NCBI GenBank assembly: GCA_033762115.1
Contig: JANRLX010000022.1
Span: forward strand, 13,695-77,694
Length of the DNA stretch: 64,000 nt
DNA from: Verrucomicrobiota bacterium
Lineage (GTDB): Bacteria; Verrucomicrobiota; Verrucomicrobiia; Limisphaerales; SXQI01
Direction: 5' to 3'
This document shows positions 36,228 to 46,352 of the stretch, in pieces. Under the pieces are notes generated by a model that worked only from the letters and a program-made list of their open reading frames with translations, did no database searches and was not told the DNA's origin. Position 1 is the first letter of the stretch. The number at the start of each line of letters is the position of its first letter. The translations under genes were made by a program, and so were the position numbers.

Positions 36228-38135
36228 TTATGGCTTGAACACAAGCAACAGCAGCAACGCAATTCCTGCTGCGAGTAAAAATGCATAAGTCTGCAAATTG
36301 CCGGTCTGGGCCAGGCGAAGTGCCCGACCCGCAAATTCAGTGGTGCCATGGACCCCGCGCACCAGCAGGCCACTAATGATCCAGCGGTCAAACCAATCTG
36401 CCAACCGGGCCAGGGTGCCCTGGGTCAGATCAATGAGTTCACCGTAAATTTCATCGATATAAAAGCGGTTGCGCAATGTTCTGGCCAGCCCACGCGCCTT
36501 AAGCGGCAATGGATCGCGGTTTGCGTTCAGGTAAAGCCCGGCGGCAAGAAAGAGGCCAAAAACCACTGCCAAAATCCCGCCCAAGGCTGCAAACGGGGCA
36601 TGATTGATCGGCCCAAAAAGCAACTCATTGATGCCACCTCCATGAGCGTGACTCGCATCCTTCGAGAGGTAGCTCTCCAATCCAAAAAAGCCTGCAAGCA
36701 CGGTTGGCACGGCCAGGACCAGCAGCGGAACAGTCATCAGGCGTGGAGATTCATGAGCATGAGCGGCACTGTTTGAACGGCCATTTCCAAGGAATGCGAT
36801 GATAAAAAGTCGGGCCATGTAAAATGTCGTTAGAACCGCGACGATCAAACCAAGAATAAAGAATCCTGTGTGTTGCTCGTAGGCTTTCGCCAGGATCGCA
36901 TCCTTGCTGTAAAATCCACTCAACGGCGGCACACCAGCCAGGGCGAGCGTTCCCAGCAAAAATGTCCAGTAAGTCAGCGGCATTTTTTTCTTTAATCCGC
37001 CCATGCGCCAAATGTCCTGTTCATGGTGCATTGCATGAATTACAGAGCCTGCACCAAGGAACAACATCGCTTTGAAAAACGCGTGGGTGGTAAGGTGATA
37101 CATTGCCGCAGAAGTGCCTCCAAGCCCCACCGCCATGGTCATGTAGCCGAGTTGCGACAATGTGGAATAGGCAGGGATGCGCTTGATATCGTTTTGCTGG
37201 ACAGCAATCAGGGCCGCAAGCAGAGCGGTGATGCCTCCACTCCACGCGATGATTTCCAGGGCGGTGATGCCGTTCATGAAGGAGAGGAATTCAGGCCATG
37301 CCGAAGAGGCCTGATAGATGAAAAAGGTGCGGCAGAGCATGTAAATTCCAGCGGCAACCATCGTTGCGGCATGGATCAATGCGCTGACCGGAGTGGGGCC
37401 TTCCATTGCATCAGGCAGCCAGACGTGAAGCGGGAATTGTGCTGATTTGCCAAGCGCCCCGCAAAAAATCAACAGACCAACCAACCCGGCAAAGGCACCC
37501 AGGGCAGCGGGATTTGTGATGAGGCGTTGCTCGACGTGATCAAAGTTCACTGAGCCGAGGAGTGTCCAAATAATAATGATGCCAAGGAGAAAACCAAAAT
37601 CACCGATTCGGTTGGCGAGGAATGCCTTTTTGGCGGCATTTGCCGCGGAAGCTTTTCCATGCCAAAAGCCGATCAGCAGATAACTGGAAATGCCGACCAG
37701 TTCCCAAAAGATAAACATCTGGAAGAAATTATTCGAGAGAACGATACCGAGCATCGAAAAGGTGAAAAGGCTCAGGCTCGCAAAGTAGCGAGAAAAGGCG
37801 GGGTCACCTTTCATGTAGGCATAGGAATAGATATGAATCAAGCTGGCCACACCCGTGACCACAATCAGCATCAACATGCTCAAACGATCCAGAAGCAGGC
37901 CCAGTTCGATCCGAAAATCTCCCACGGAAATCCAGTTCAAAGGAGGGACTTTGACAAAGCCGCTTTGGCGCACGAGCGGAATCAATCCCAGGGTAATCAG
38001 AAAAGCACCAAGAACCGCGGCAATGGAGATCAACGCGCTCACCCTGCCTGATCGCCGGGTAAACAAGGTAATGACTACCGCTGAAAAAAGCGGCAGCAAC
38101 AAAACGATCCATGCTGAATTTTCGAGCTGTTCCAT
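36228..38135 (-). CDS. nuoL: NADH-quinone oxidoreductase subunit L
   Basis: 635 aa. SLIHIYSYAYMKGDP and FFQMFIFWELVGISSYLLIGFW blocks, plus a long C-terminal extension typical of NuoL. Confidence 0.9.
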   Translation of the reverse strand: MEQLENSAWIVLLLPLFSAVVITLFTRRSGRVSALISIAAVLGAFLITLGLIPLVRQSGFVKVPPLNWISVGDFRIELGLLLDRLSMLMLIVVTGVASLIHIYSYAYMKGDPAFSRYFASLSLFTFSMLGIVLSNNFFQMFIFWELVGISSYLLIGFWHGKASAANAAKKAFLANRIGDFGFLLGIIIIWTLLGSVNFDHVEQRLITNPAALGAFAGLVGLLIFCGALGKSAQFPLHVWLPDAMEGPTPVSALIHAATMVAAGIYMLCRTFFIYQASSAWPEFLSFMNGITALEIIAWSGGITALLAALIAVQQNDIKRIPAYSTLSQLGYMTMAVGLGGTSAAMYHLTTHAFFKAMLFLGAGSVIHAMHHEQDIWRMGGLKKKMPLTYWTFLLGTLALAGVPPLSGFYSKDAILAKAYEQHTGFFILGLIVAVLTTFYMARLFIIAFLGNGRSNSAAHAHESPRLMTVPLLVLAVPTVLAGFFGLESYLSKDASHAHGGGINELLFGPINHAPFAALGGILAVVFGLFLAAGLYLNANRDPLPLKARGLARTLRNRFYIDEIYGELIDLTQGTLARLADWFDRWIISGLLVRGVHGTTEFAGRALRLAQTGNLQTYAFLLAAGIALLLLLVFKP

Positions 38136-38144
38136 ACGTTCCAG

Positions 38145-38450
38145 TTACAGCTTCATCGTGGTGAGATCTTCCACATGGGTGGTTTGCCGCTTTCGATAAA
38201 GTGCCACGATCAAGGCCAACCCCACAGCGACTTCAGCAGCGGCAACGGTGATGATAAAGAAAACCATTACCTGACCGTTGATATTGTTGGTAAAACGGGA
38301 CAAAGCCACAAAGGTGAGATTCGCCGCGTTCAGCATCAACTCCAGTGACATGTAAATGATCAGGAGATTGCGCCGTGCAATGACCCCGAACAACCCAATG
38401 CAAAAGAGCAGCGCACTAACGATTAAATAATGTTCCAGTCCCACCTTCAT
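38145..38450 (-). CDS. nuoK: NADH-quinone oxidoreductase subunit K
   Basis: 101 aa, three TM helices, [15 protein letters not shown] block. Confidence 0.85.
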   Translation of the reverse strand: MKVGLEHYLIVSALLFCIGLFGVIARRNLLIIYMSLELMLNAANLTFVALSRFTNNINGQVMVFFIITVAAAEVAVGLALIVALYRKRQTTHVEDLTTMKL

Positions 38451-38947
38451 CGAAGATCTTTCTTGCTCAACAAAATCACTCCCACCATCGCCACCAAAAG
38501 CAGGAGGGACATGATTTCAAACGGCAGCAGAAAATGCTTGAACAACACCTGCCCGAGAGGAGCAGTCGAACCCTCCAAAACCGGTCCGGCAAGGTTTTTT
38601 GGGGAATAGTACCAGTAAGCCCGCGCCAAAATCGCGCCAATTGCCCCCACTGCAAGGATGCCGCAACCAAGGCCGATCGGTCGAAGCTTTCGCCTTTCCT
38701 CTTCCTTGATGTCCAGCAGCATGATGACAAACAGAAACAACACCATGACAGCACCGGCATAAACCAGCACCTGGACAGCGGCGAGGAAGAATGCATGCAA
38801 CAGAACAAACAATCCTGCCAATGAAACAATGCAAAGCACCAGGAACATGGCGCTCGTCACCGGGTTCCGGCTGAATGGGTTTGCAACGACCAGCAAACCA
38901 CATAATAACGTCAATCCTGCAAATAAATAAAATGCAATTTCGTGCAT
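38447..38947 (-). CDS. nuoJ: NADH-quinone oxidoreductase subunit J
   Basis: 166-aa membrane protein between nuoI and nuoK; its stop overlaps the nuoK start by 4 nt. Confidence 0.8.
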   Translation of the reverse strand: MHEIAFYLFAGLTLLCGLLVVANPFSRNPVTSAMFLVLCIVSLAGLFVLLHAFFLAAVQVLVYAGAVMVLFLFVIMLLDIKEEERRKLRPIGLGCGILAVGAIGAILARAYWYYSPKNLAGPVLEGSTAPLGQVLFKHFLLPFEIMSLLLLVAMVGVILLSKKDLR

Positions 38948-38964
38948 GAATTGGTACGAAGCGC

Positions 38965-39498
38965 TTAAGGGGGAACTCCCTGGTGCGCCGCTTCCTCGGC
39001 TTTATTTTTCCATTTTTGAATGCGGTCGTGATGCGTGCCGCCCAGTGAGAGCAATTTCTCCTTGTTGAACAGCATCTCCTGTCTGCTTTCGGAGGTAATG
39101 GAATAATCCTTCATCAGGAAAATGGCCTCTTCCGGGCAAACTTCCTGGCAATAGCTGCAAAAGATGCAGCGAATCATATTGATCTCAAATTCCTTCGGTC
39201 CCTTCTCCACGTTGCCTGCCTGAGGATCACCTGCAGGTCCGGGAGGAGTGATGCGGATCGCTTTTGGCGGACAGACAAATTCGCAAAGCTGGCAGGAAAC
39301 ACATTTGGTTCGCCCTTCCTGGTCTTTGACCAGGTAAGGGGCGCCGCGATAACCTTCGGGCACTTTCCATTTTTCCTCGGGGTACTGCATCGTCACTTTC
39401 TTTTTAAAGAAATGGCGAAGCGTCACGGCGAATCCCCCAAGAATTGAGGGGAGATACAGCCGCTCCCAAAAACTTAACTTTGGACGTGGAACAATCAT
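38965..39498 (-). CDS. nuoI: NADH-quinone oxidoreductase subunit I
   Basis: Two 4Fe-4S ferredoxin motifs, CVSCQLCEFVCP and CIFCSYCQEVCP. Confidence 0.9.
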   Translation of the reverse strand: MIVPRPKLSFWERLYLPSILGGFAVTLRHFFKKKVTMQYPEEKWKVPEGYRGAPYLVKDQEGRTKCVSCQLCEFVCPPKAIRITPPGPAGDPQAGNVEKGPKEFEINMIRCIFCSYCQEVCPEEAIFLMKDYSITSESRQEMLFNKEKLLSLGGTHHDRIQKWKNKAEEAAHQGVPP

Positions 39499-40521
39499 TC
39501 AGGCTTTGGCTCTCGCCCAGAGTGCGAGGGCATAGATGAAAATATTGAGGAGCGCGACCGGGATAAACCGGCGCCATCCCAAATCCATCAGTTGATCATA
39601 ACGAAACCGGGGCAACATCCAGCGCACCCAGATAAACAACACCATAAAGCAGAGCATTTTCCCAACAAAAACCATAATGTGAAAAATTCCTGCGCCCACC
39701 GAACCAGCCGGAGCGCTCACTCCCGGCAATGTCCAGCCACCAAAAAACAGAGTCACCATCATTGCCGAGGCCGCAATCATATTTGCGTACTCTCCCAGAA
39801 AGAAGAGCGCGAACTTCATCGAGCTGTATTCAGTATGATAGCCAGCGACCAATTCCGTCTCCGATTCAGGCAGGTCAAACGGTAATCGATTTGTTTCTGC
39901 AAACGCAGAGACAAGGAAGATGATGAATGACAATGGCGCGTAAAGAACAAACCAGCCATGCTCCGCCTGGTAGCGGATAATTTCGCTGAGGTTCAGGCTT
40001 CCTGCGATCAAAAAGACGGGAATGACAGACATACCCATCGCAATTTCGTAGGAAATCATTTGCGCGCTGGACCGGATTCCTCCCAGGAACGGATACTTGG
40101 AATTGGAAGCATATCCCGCCAGCACAATCCCATAAACACCGAGGGAAACGATCCCGAAAGAGTAAAGAATCCCGACGTTCAGGTCGGCAATGACCATTTT
40201 CTGCTGACCCAGGTACGATCCAAATGGAATGACCGCCAGCGTAAGAAATGCCGGCACCATTGTGATTGCCGGGGCCAGCCAGAAGTAAACCTTCCGGACA
40301 TGGGCGGGAGTGAAGTCCTCCTTGAGAATAAATTTCAATCCGTCAGCCAGGGGTTGCAACAACCCAAGCGGCCCCACCCGGTTCGGCCCCAACCGATCTT
40401 GGATAAAGGCGGAAATTCGCCGTTCAGCCACCACAGAGTAGGCAATCATCGGCATCACAATCGCGACGACCGCCACAATCTTGATCAAGCTGAACAGTAA
40501 AAATTCGTTCGAGGCTCCCAT
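39499..40521 (-). CDS. nuoH: NADH-quinone oxidoreductase subunit H
   Basis: 340-aa polytopic protein with RRISAFIQDRLGPNRVGPLGLLQPLADGLKF block. Confidence 0.9.
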   Translation of the reverse strand: MGASNEFLLFSLIKIVAVVAIVMPMIAYSVVAERRISAFIQDRLGPNRVGPLGLLQPLADGLKFILKEDFTPAHVRKVYFWLAPAITMVPAFLTLAVIPFGSYLGQQKMVIADLNVGILYSFGIVSLGVYGIVLAGYASNSKYPFLGGIRSSAQMISYEIAMGMSVIPVFLIAGSLNLSEIIRYQAEHGWFVLYAPLSFIIFLVSAFAETNRLPFDLPESETELVAGYHTEYSSMKFALFFLGEYANMIAASAMMVTLFFGGWTLPGVSAPAGSVGAGIFHIMVFVGKMLCFMVLFIWVRWMLPRFRYDQLMDLGWRRFIPVALLNIFIYALALWARAKA

Positions 40522-40525
40522 AAAC

Positions 40526-42238
40526 TCAGACCTGCACCGTCACTCCGGTATCGCCAAGTGCACCCCAGCTGATCCCATTCAGCGGTTTTATTTCGGCAGC
40601 CATTTGGTTGAACAATCCTTCAATTGAGACAAAGCCGTTTTGCCCGGTCACATTAAAAACAATTTCGTGGAGCAATTCCCACTCAGGGCGTGAAGCCCCG
40701 GGAGGTTCGACTGCTTTCATGAACTTCTGCAAACGACCTTTGACATTGATATAGGTTCCGCGCTTTTCAACGTGGGCACAGGCGGGCAGAAGAACGTGGG
40801 CCAGTTCAGAGGTTGGGCTTGGAAGAATGGCGCAGACCACCAGAAAATCCAACTGCTTCAGTAAATCTGAAGAAATACCGTGCTGAGTCACATCCTCATT
40901 AAAGACCATGAGTGTGCGGATGGCACCGGATTTGATTCCCGCGGCAATCACGCCCAATTTGCTTCCCATCGGGTTCGCGGCAATTCCCATCAGCCTGGCG
41001 CCATTGCTGTTCGGATTGCGATCAGGGTTCAACAACAGCCGGTCCCCTTCCCCGACTCGCGGCACCGAGTCAGTCACTGCTCCCAGCCTGCGGGCGAGCT
41101 TGGAAATCAAATAAAGTTCTTCGTTGGTCTGCCGTGCGGAAGCAATGATTGCAACTCCGCCGGATTTTTCCTGGGCCAGACGATCTGAAATCTCCCGCAC
41201 CGCAGCGCCCCAATTGCTGCTGTGAAGCGGTTCCGCGCCGCGGCGCAGCTTCACTTCCCGCAGCCGATCCTCACGACCGACCCATTTGTAATTTAAACGG
41301 CCGTAATCGCACATCCAGCTTGAATTGACTGCGTCATTCTGGCGTGGCTCATAGCGATGAATTTTGTCCTCCCGTGATCCGACGACAATATTACAGCCAG
41401 TGGCGCAACTGCTGCACAGGCTTTTGGTTTCCTTGAGAAACCAGACTCGCATTTTAAAGCGAAAATCTTTCGAGGTCAGCGCTCCCACCGGACACAGGTC
41501 AACTGTGTTCAGGGTGTAATTGTTATCAAACTGCCTTCCGGGATATGCGGTGAGGGTATTGTAACTGCCGCGATTGACAAAGCCGAGGGCATCATCTCCC
41601 ACGATATCCCTCGTGAATCGAACACAACGGGAACAGAGGATGCAGCGTTCATCATCCAGCACAATGCGTGGCCCAAGATCAACCCGCTTTGGTTTATGAA
41701 CTTTTTCCTCCACAAACCGGCTCGAGGATTGCCCGTACTCTACCGAGTACTCCTGCAGTTTGCATTCGCCAGCCTGGTCACAGATCGGGCAATCCAAAGG
41801 ATGGTTGATCAGCAGGAACTCGAGCACTCCCTTGCGCATCTCCTCCACTCCCGCAGTGTTGGTGTAAATCTCCATTCCGGGAGAAATGGGCGTGGCACAG
41901 GCAATGGCGGGTCGGGGAGATTTTGCAATTTTGGGAGTACCGTCCGGGTTCATCACCGGTTTTCGGTCCGGTCCCATCGCCGGCGTGCCGAACTCGACAA
42001 GGCACATGCGGCAATTCCCTGCGACTGGCAGCTTGGGATGATAGCAGTAATGCGGCACATCCACATTGATCTGGGCGCAAGCCTGGATCATCGTGGTGGG
42101 CACTGGTTTTCCAGTCAGAGGATCGGGCGTGGTCTTCGGCACAGCCACAGTGACTCCATCCACTTTGACAGTGATGGTCTCGACCGGCGCTGCGGTTGCC
42201 GATGTGTTTTGGTTTGTCGCCGCACTGGACATACGCAT
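40526..42238 (-). CDS. nuoG: NADH-quinone oxidoreductase subunit G (short form, 570 aa)
   Basis: N-terminal 2Fe-2S cysteines (C..HYCYHPKLPVAGNCRMCLVE), HPLDCPICDQAGECKLQ and CILCSRCVRF..LCPVGAL cluster motifs, then a molybdopterin-like domain. The ATG shares one nt with the nuoF stop (TAATG). Confidence 0.85.
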   Translation of the reverse strand: MRMSSAATNQNTSATAAPVETITVKVDGVTVAVPKTTPDPLTGKPVPTTMIQACAQINVDVPHYCYHPKLPVAGNCRMCLVEFGTPAMGPDRKPVMNPDGTPKIAKSPRPAIACATPISPGMEIYTNTAGVEEMRKGVLEFLLINHPLDCPICDQAGECKLQEYSVEYGQSSSRFVEEKVHKPKRVDLGPRIVLDDERCILCSRCVRFTRDIVGDDALGFVNRGSYNTLTAYPGRQFDNNYTLNTVDLCPVGALTSKDFRFKMRVWFLKETKSLCSSCATGCNIVVGSREDKIHRYEPRQNDAVNSSWMCDYGRLNYKWVGREDRLREVKLRRGAEPLHSSNWGAAVREISDRLAQEKSGGVAIIASARQTNEELYLISKLARRLGAVTDSVPRVGEGDRLLLNPDRNPNSNGARLMGIAANPMGSKLGVIAAGIKSGAIRTLMVFNEDVTQHGISSDLLKQLDFLVVCAILPSPTSELAHVLLPACAHVEKRGTYINVKGRLQKFMKAVEPPGASRPEWELLHEIVFNVTGQNGFVSIEGLFNQMAAEIKPLNGISWGALGDTGVTVQV

Positions 42239-43671
42239 TAACTTCGCGGACTTGCCGCCAATTTCATTTCAGGGATCGGGCCAGCTCCGCTGTTCCTGCG
42301 CGCTTCATCAGCAGCGCCTTTGGCCACAAATTCATCTTTGAATTTTCCAACAAAACTTTGCACCGGCCAGGAGCAGGCTTCGCCAAATGCGCAGATTGTG
42401 CGCCCGCCCGGGATGTTATTGGCAATTTTCAGCAGGTAATCCGCATCTTCCCTGCGCCCCTGCCCATGGGTCATCCGATGCAGGGTCTTGCTCATCCAAA
42501 GTGAGCCTTCACGGCATGGGGTGCATTGCCCGCAGCTTTCATGAGCGTAAAATTCGGAAAGATTCGCCAATGCTTCCACAATGTCCGTGGAATCATCCAT
42601 GACAATGATCGCACTTGAACCAGACATGCTTCCAGCCGCCATCAGGGAATCAAAATCATATGGCAGGTCGAGCATATCAGTTTCAATCTCGATCTCCTTC
42701 CCCTCCGGATTCTTTTTCTTTAATATGAATTTCTCGCCCGCTTTAAAAACTTTCGCCGAGGAACCGCCCGGAATCACTGCTTTCAACTGCCGACCTGAAC
42801 GCAGGCCATTGCCAAATTCAGGATCGTAGATCAGTTGCCCGATCGTGACTTTACCCACTTCGATTTCGTAATAGCCCGGGCGATTGACCTGCCCGCTTAA
42901 GCTGACGATTCGCGTCCCGGTATTGTTTGGTGTTCCCAATTTTGCGTATTCAGCGCCGCCCATCGCCATGACATGCCTGACCTGGCAGAGGGTCTCAACG
43001 TTGTTCACGATTGTTGGGGAAAGATAAAGCCCGAGGATTGCAGGGAAAAATGGGGGTTTGATCCTTGGGTAAGGCCGCTTCCCTTCAAGCGATTCGATCA
43101 AGCCGGTTTCCTCGCCGCAAATATAAGCCCCTGCCCCGCGATGCACGTGCATTTCCAAATCGTAACCGCTGCCAAGGATGTTTTTGCCCAGAAAATTTTT
43201 CGCCCGCGCTTCGGCCAAGGCGCGATTCAATATCCGGGCCCCTTCAGGAAATTCGCCGCGAATATAAATGTAGGCGAGATGCACATCATTGGCGAAACAG
43301 GAGATGATCATCCCCTCGATCAACTGATGTGGGTCCTTGTGGATGATCTGTCGGTCTTTAAAAGTTCCCGGCTCCGATTCATCCGCGTTGCAAATCAGGT
43401 AGATCGGTTTGCCGCTTTTCCGATCAACAAACGACCACTTCAGCCCACAGGAAAAACCGGCCCCACCACGCCCCCGCAACCCGGAGAGCTTGACCTCTTC
43501 CCGAATTTGCTCGGGAGCGGAAACCGTTTTGCCATCAGGCAATGCTTTGGGAGGGAGGGCCAGGACCTTTTTCAGCGTCTCATATCCCCCATGCCGCACG
43601 TAACAATCCAGGTCATTGGTGTAACCTGGTTGATCGACGTTTTTTAAAATAAGTCGATATTGTTGTGGCAT
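42238..43671 (-). CDS. nuoF: NADH-quinone oxidoreductase subunit F
   Basis: GRGGAGFSCGLKW (FMN/NADH site) and ESCGQCTPCREG (N3 cluster). The start is set at MPQQYRL (ATG 43671) because the longer ORF would overlap the tRNA gene. Confidence 0.88.
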   Translation of the reverse strand: MPQQYRLILKNVDQPGYTNDLDCYVRHGGYETLKKVLALPPKALPDGKTVSAPEQIREEVKLSGLRGRGGAGFSCGLKWSFVDRKSGKPIYLICNADESEPGTFKDRQIIHKDPHQLIEGMIISCFANDVHLAYIYIRGEFPEGARILNRALAEARAKNFLGKNILGSGYDLEMHVHRGAGAYICGEETGLIESLEGKRPYPRIKPPFFPAILGLYLSPTIVNNVETLCQVRHVMAMGGAEYAKLGTPNNTGTRIVSLSGQVNRPGYYEIEVGKVTIGQLIYDPEFGNGLRSGRQLKAVIPGGSSAKVFKAGEKFILKKKNPEGKEIEIETDMLDLPYDFDSLMAAGSMSGSSAIIVMDDSTDIVEALANLSEFYAHESCGQCTPCREGSLWMSKTLHRMTHGQGRREDADYLLKIANNIPGGRTICAFGEACSWPVQSFVGKFKDEFVAKGAADEARRNSGAGPIPEMKLAASPRS

Positions 43672-43685
43672 AGTTTCGTCCGCGC

Positions 43686-43713
43686 TTGACTCAAAGGGTA
43701 AAGTTCGTAGGTT
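43686..43713 (+). promoter_or_regulatory. candidate sigma70-like promoter for tRNA-Gln (TTGACT-16 nt-TAGGTT)
   Basis: TTGACT at 43686-43691 and TAGGTT at 43708-43713, about 12 nt before the tRNA 5' end. Sequence match only. Confidence 0.35.
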
Positions 43714-43725
43714 GTGCGTGCTTTT

Positions 43726-43799
43726 TGCCGAATGGTGTAACGGTAGCACCGCTGCCTCTGGAGCAGCTTGTCATGGTTCGAATCCATGTTCGGCAGCCA
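43726..43799 (+). tRNA. tRNA-Gln (anticodon CUG)
   Basis: Manual cloverleaf: acceptor TGCCGAA/TTCGGCA, D arm GTGT-AACGGTA-GCAC, anticodon arm GCTGC-CTCTGGA-GCAGC. Also a 4-nt variable loop, T arm CATGG-TTCGAAT-CCATG, discriminator G and an encoded CCA. Confidence 0.85.
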
Positions 43800-43838
43800 A
43801 CCTTCTGTTTTTCAAGGATTCGTTTCATTCCCTCACTC

Positions 43839-44378
43839 CTACCGCCGTTCGTTTCGGTCAATCATTTGATCAGCCATTTCATGTGTGACTGCCTGATGGA
43901 ATTCTTCATTTAACATCATCACAGGAGCAGTCCCGCAACTGGCAAGGCATTCCACGAACTCGACAGTGAATTGCCCATCCTTCGTTGTTTGAGGACCATG
44001 CGCATGGCTGTCCAGCCCCAATCGCCTGCACAAATGTGCATGCAATTGATAGGAGCCACCCAGAGCGCAACTCAATGTACGACAAACTTTAAAATGGGTT
44101 TTTCCAACCGGTTTCTGCCGGAACATCGGATAAAACGTCACCAGTTCGTAAATGTTGATCGGCTGCAATTCCAGTTTTGCGGCAGTCCATTCAATGGCTT
44201 CCTTGCTGAGAAATCCGAAATGTTCCTGCAGCGCGTGCAATAACATCAGTGATGCGCTTCGCTTCACCGGGTAATGGGTGATCAGCTCATCAATCTCTGC
44301 TTCAAGGGCCTTCGGAACTTCGAAAGCCGTGGTCGGGAGCACAGGTTCAACAGGATGGGAAATCACTGGATTGCTCAT
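43839..44378 (-). CDS. nuoE: NADH-quinone oxidoreductase subunit E
   Basis: 179 aa. Thioredoxin-like 2Fe-2S cysteines in VCRTLSCALGG .. ECLASCGTAP. Confidence 0.88.
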   Translation of the reverse strand: MSNPVISHPVEPVLPTTAFEVPKALEAEIDELITHYPVKRSASLMLLHALQEHFGFLSKEAIEWTAAKLELQPINIYELVTFYPMFRQKPVGKTHFKVCRTLSCALGGSYQLHAHLCRRLGLDSHAHGPQTTKDGQFTVEFVECLASCGTAPVMMLNEEFHQAVTHEMADQMIDRNERR

Positions 44379-45679
44379 CGGTCACACTCTCCCATCACAA
44401 AATCCAGCGAGCCGAGAATGGCTACCGTATCGCTCATCATATTTCCAGGAAGCAGATAAGGCAGGATGCTCAGGTTCACAAAGGAAGGAGCGCGGATTTT
44501 TAGGCGGTGCGGAGTGCCGCCTCCCTTGCTGTTAATATAAAATCCCAATTCTCCCTTTGGATTTTCTCCACCAAAGTAAATCTCGCCACGCGGGGCATCG
44601 ACCCCCTGCGTCACGATAATAAACTGGTGGATTAATTCCTCCATGCTCGTGAGCACTTTTTCCTTTGGAGGCAGAACCGTTTTACCGTCCGGCACATTCA
44701 CAGGACCTCCGGGTAATTGATCGAGGCATTGGCGGATGATTCGCACGCTCTGCCGCATTTCCTCCATTCGGACGAGGTACCGATCATAGCAATCACCCAC
44801 CGAACCGTACGGCACATCAAACTGTACCTGGTCATATACCAGGTAGGGATGCGCTTTTCGTAAGTCGTAATCAATTCCGCTTCCGCGAAGGTTCGGACCG
44901 GTCAAACCGTAATCGATCGCTACATCTTTCGGAATCACCCCCAAGTCTCTCGTGCGATTCACGAAGATCGGATTCCGGGTCAATAATTTTTCCGATTCAT
45001 CGAAATTGACCACGACTTCATCAATGAATTTCCGGCATTGCTCAATCCACCCTGGCGGCAGATCACGCGCCAAACCGCCAATCCGGGTATATGTCGTGGT
45101 AAAACGCGCTCCGGTCAGCGATTCCGCAAGGTTATAAATTTTTTCCCGTTCATAGAACGTGTGCAGGAACACAGTCATCGCTCCCACATCCATGGCAAAG
45201 GCACCCAATCCCAGCAGATGCGCGGAGATACGCGCCAGTTCCGTGACGATCACCCGGATATACTGGCAGCGGGGAGGCAATTGCTTATCCAGCCCCATTA
45301 ACTTCTCGACTGCGAGGGCGTAATGAACGTTGTTCGCCAGTGGCGCAAGGTAATCCAGTCGATCCGTATATGGGATAAACTGGGTATAAGTCATGTTTTC
45401 GGCGATTTTTTCATCGCCGCGATGCAGGTAGCCTACATCGGGAATTGCTTTGGTGATGATTTCGCCATCCAGTTCAAGCACCAGGCGCAACACCCCGTGG
45501 GTTGCCGGATGTGAAGGTCCCATATTCAGGACCATTTTTTCACCTGGGTCATCCTGCAATTCATCCGAGTTGCCGGGAGTTGCATGGACCATGGCGCCGG
45601 CATTTTGAAGGTTATTTACTCCTTCCGCCACCCGCGCGGCCGGCTCCTTGACATGTAAATCGTGAACTTCGGTGCTCAT
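44375..45679 (-). CDS. nuoD: NADH-quinone oxidoreductase subunit D
   Basis: 434 aa. NMGPSHPATHGVLR near the N-terminus and the C-terminal DFVMGECDR. Confidence 0.9.
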   Translation of the reverse strand: MSTEVHDLHVKEPAARVAEGVNNLQNAGAMVHATPGNSDELQDDPGEKMVLNMGPSHPATHGVLRLVLELDGEIITKAIPDVGYLHRGDEKIAENMTYTQFIPYTDRLDYLAPLANNVHYALAVEKLMGLDKQLPPRCQYIRVIVTELARISAHLLGLGAFAMDVGAMTVFLHTFYEREKIYNLAESLTGARFTTTYTRIGGLARDLPPGWIEQCRKFIDEVVVNFDESEKLLTRNPIFVNRTRDLGVIPKDVAIDYGLTGPNLRGSGIDYDLRKAHPYLVYDQVQFDVPYGSVGDCYDRYLVRMEEMRQSVRIIRQCLDQLPGGPVNVPDGKTVLPPKEKVLTSMEELIHQFIIVTQGVDAPRGEIYFGGENPKGELGFYINSKGGGTPHRLKIRAPSFVNLSILPYLLPGNMMSDTVAILGSLDFVMGECDR

Positions 45680-46341
45680 GGCGCAGGTTTTATATTGCCG
45701 TGTTGCTCATCAGCCCTTCCCAAATCACGCCGCCGCTCCAGTCGGGCATTGGTTTCCAGGCTGTCCGTTTCAGGAACCCGCACGCGTGGTTCACGGGCAA
45801 TAGTGTCCTTGCCTCCCGCCACTGTCACAAATGGCCCCCCCTCAAGGGGCGCTGGATTGGAAAATGCAACTTCAGGCAATTCGCTCGGTTTGCCTGCCAA
45901 CGGAAAATCTTTTCGCAAAGGAAAGTACGGATAACCTTCCCACATCAGGATTCTGCGCAGGTCCGGATGGCCTGCAAAACGGAGCCCGAACATATCGTAA
46001 GCTTCCCGCTCATGCCAATCCGCTGTTCGCCAGACACTCGTCACACTTGGCAATTCACACTTTTCCTCGGAAATGTTCGTCTTAAGCCGCAAATAGTTGC
46101 GATGCCCATAACCGTAAAGTTCGTAAACCACTGTGAAACGGGGGTCTTCCCCATAATTGTCCACTCCTGAAAGATCAACCAGGTAGTCGAATCCAAGTTC
46201 CTTTTTGCAGTAGGCGCAAACTTCCTGAATCCGGTTTTCATCCAGGACCTGCACTGTGACTTCCTCACGAAATTCCCAGGGAGTTGAGATCACTTCCCCA
46301 AAATGAGCGGCCAATTTTAATGCTAAATCTTTGGCAGACAT
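45676..46341 (-). CDS. nuoC: NADH-quinone oxidoreductase subunit C
   Basis: WHEREAYDMFGLRFAGHPDLRRILM block; 221 aa with a charged C-terminal tail. Confidence 0.88.
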   Translation of the reverse strand: MSAKDLALKLAAHFGEVISTPWEFREEVTVQVLDENRIQEVCAYCKKELGFDYLVDLSGVDNYGEDPRFTVVYELYGYGHRNYLRLKTNISEEKCELPSVTSVWRTADWHEREAYDMFGLRFAGHPDLRRILMWEGYPYFPLRKDFPLAGKPSELPEVAFSNPAPLEGGPFVTVAGGKDTIAREPRVRVPETDSLETNARLERRRDLGRADEQHGNIKPAP

Positions 46342-46352
46342 TTAGTTATAAC

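Noticed and set aside
43672-43749. N-terminal 26-codon extension of nuoF in the ORF track (start at 43749).
   Set aside because: It would overlap the tRNA-Gln gene and its putative promoter. The internal MPQQYRL start gives a normal NuoF N-terminus.
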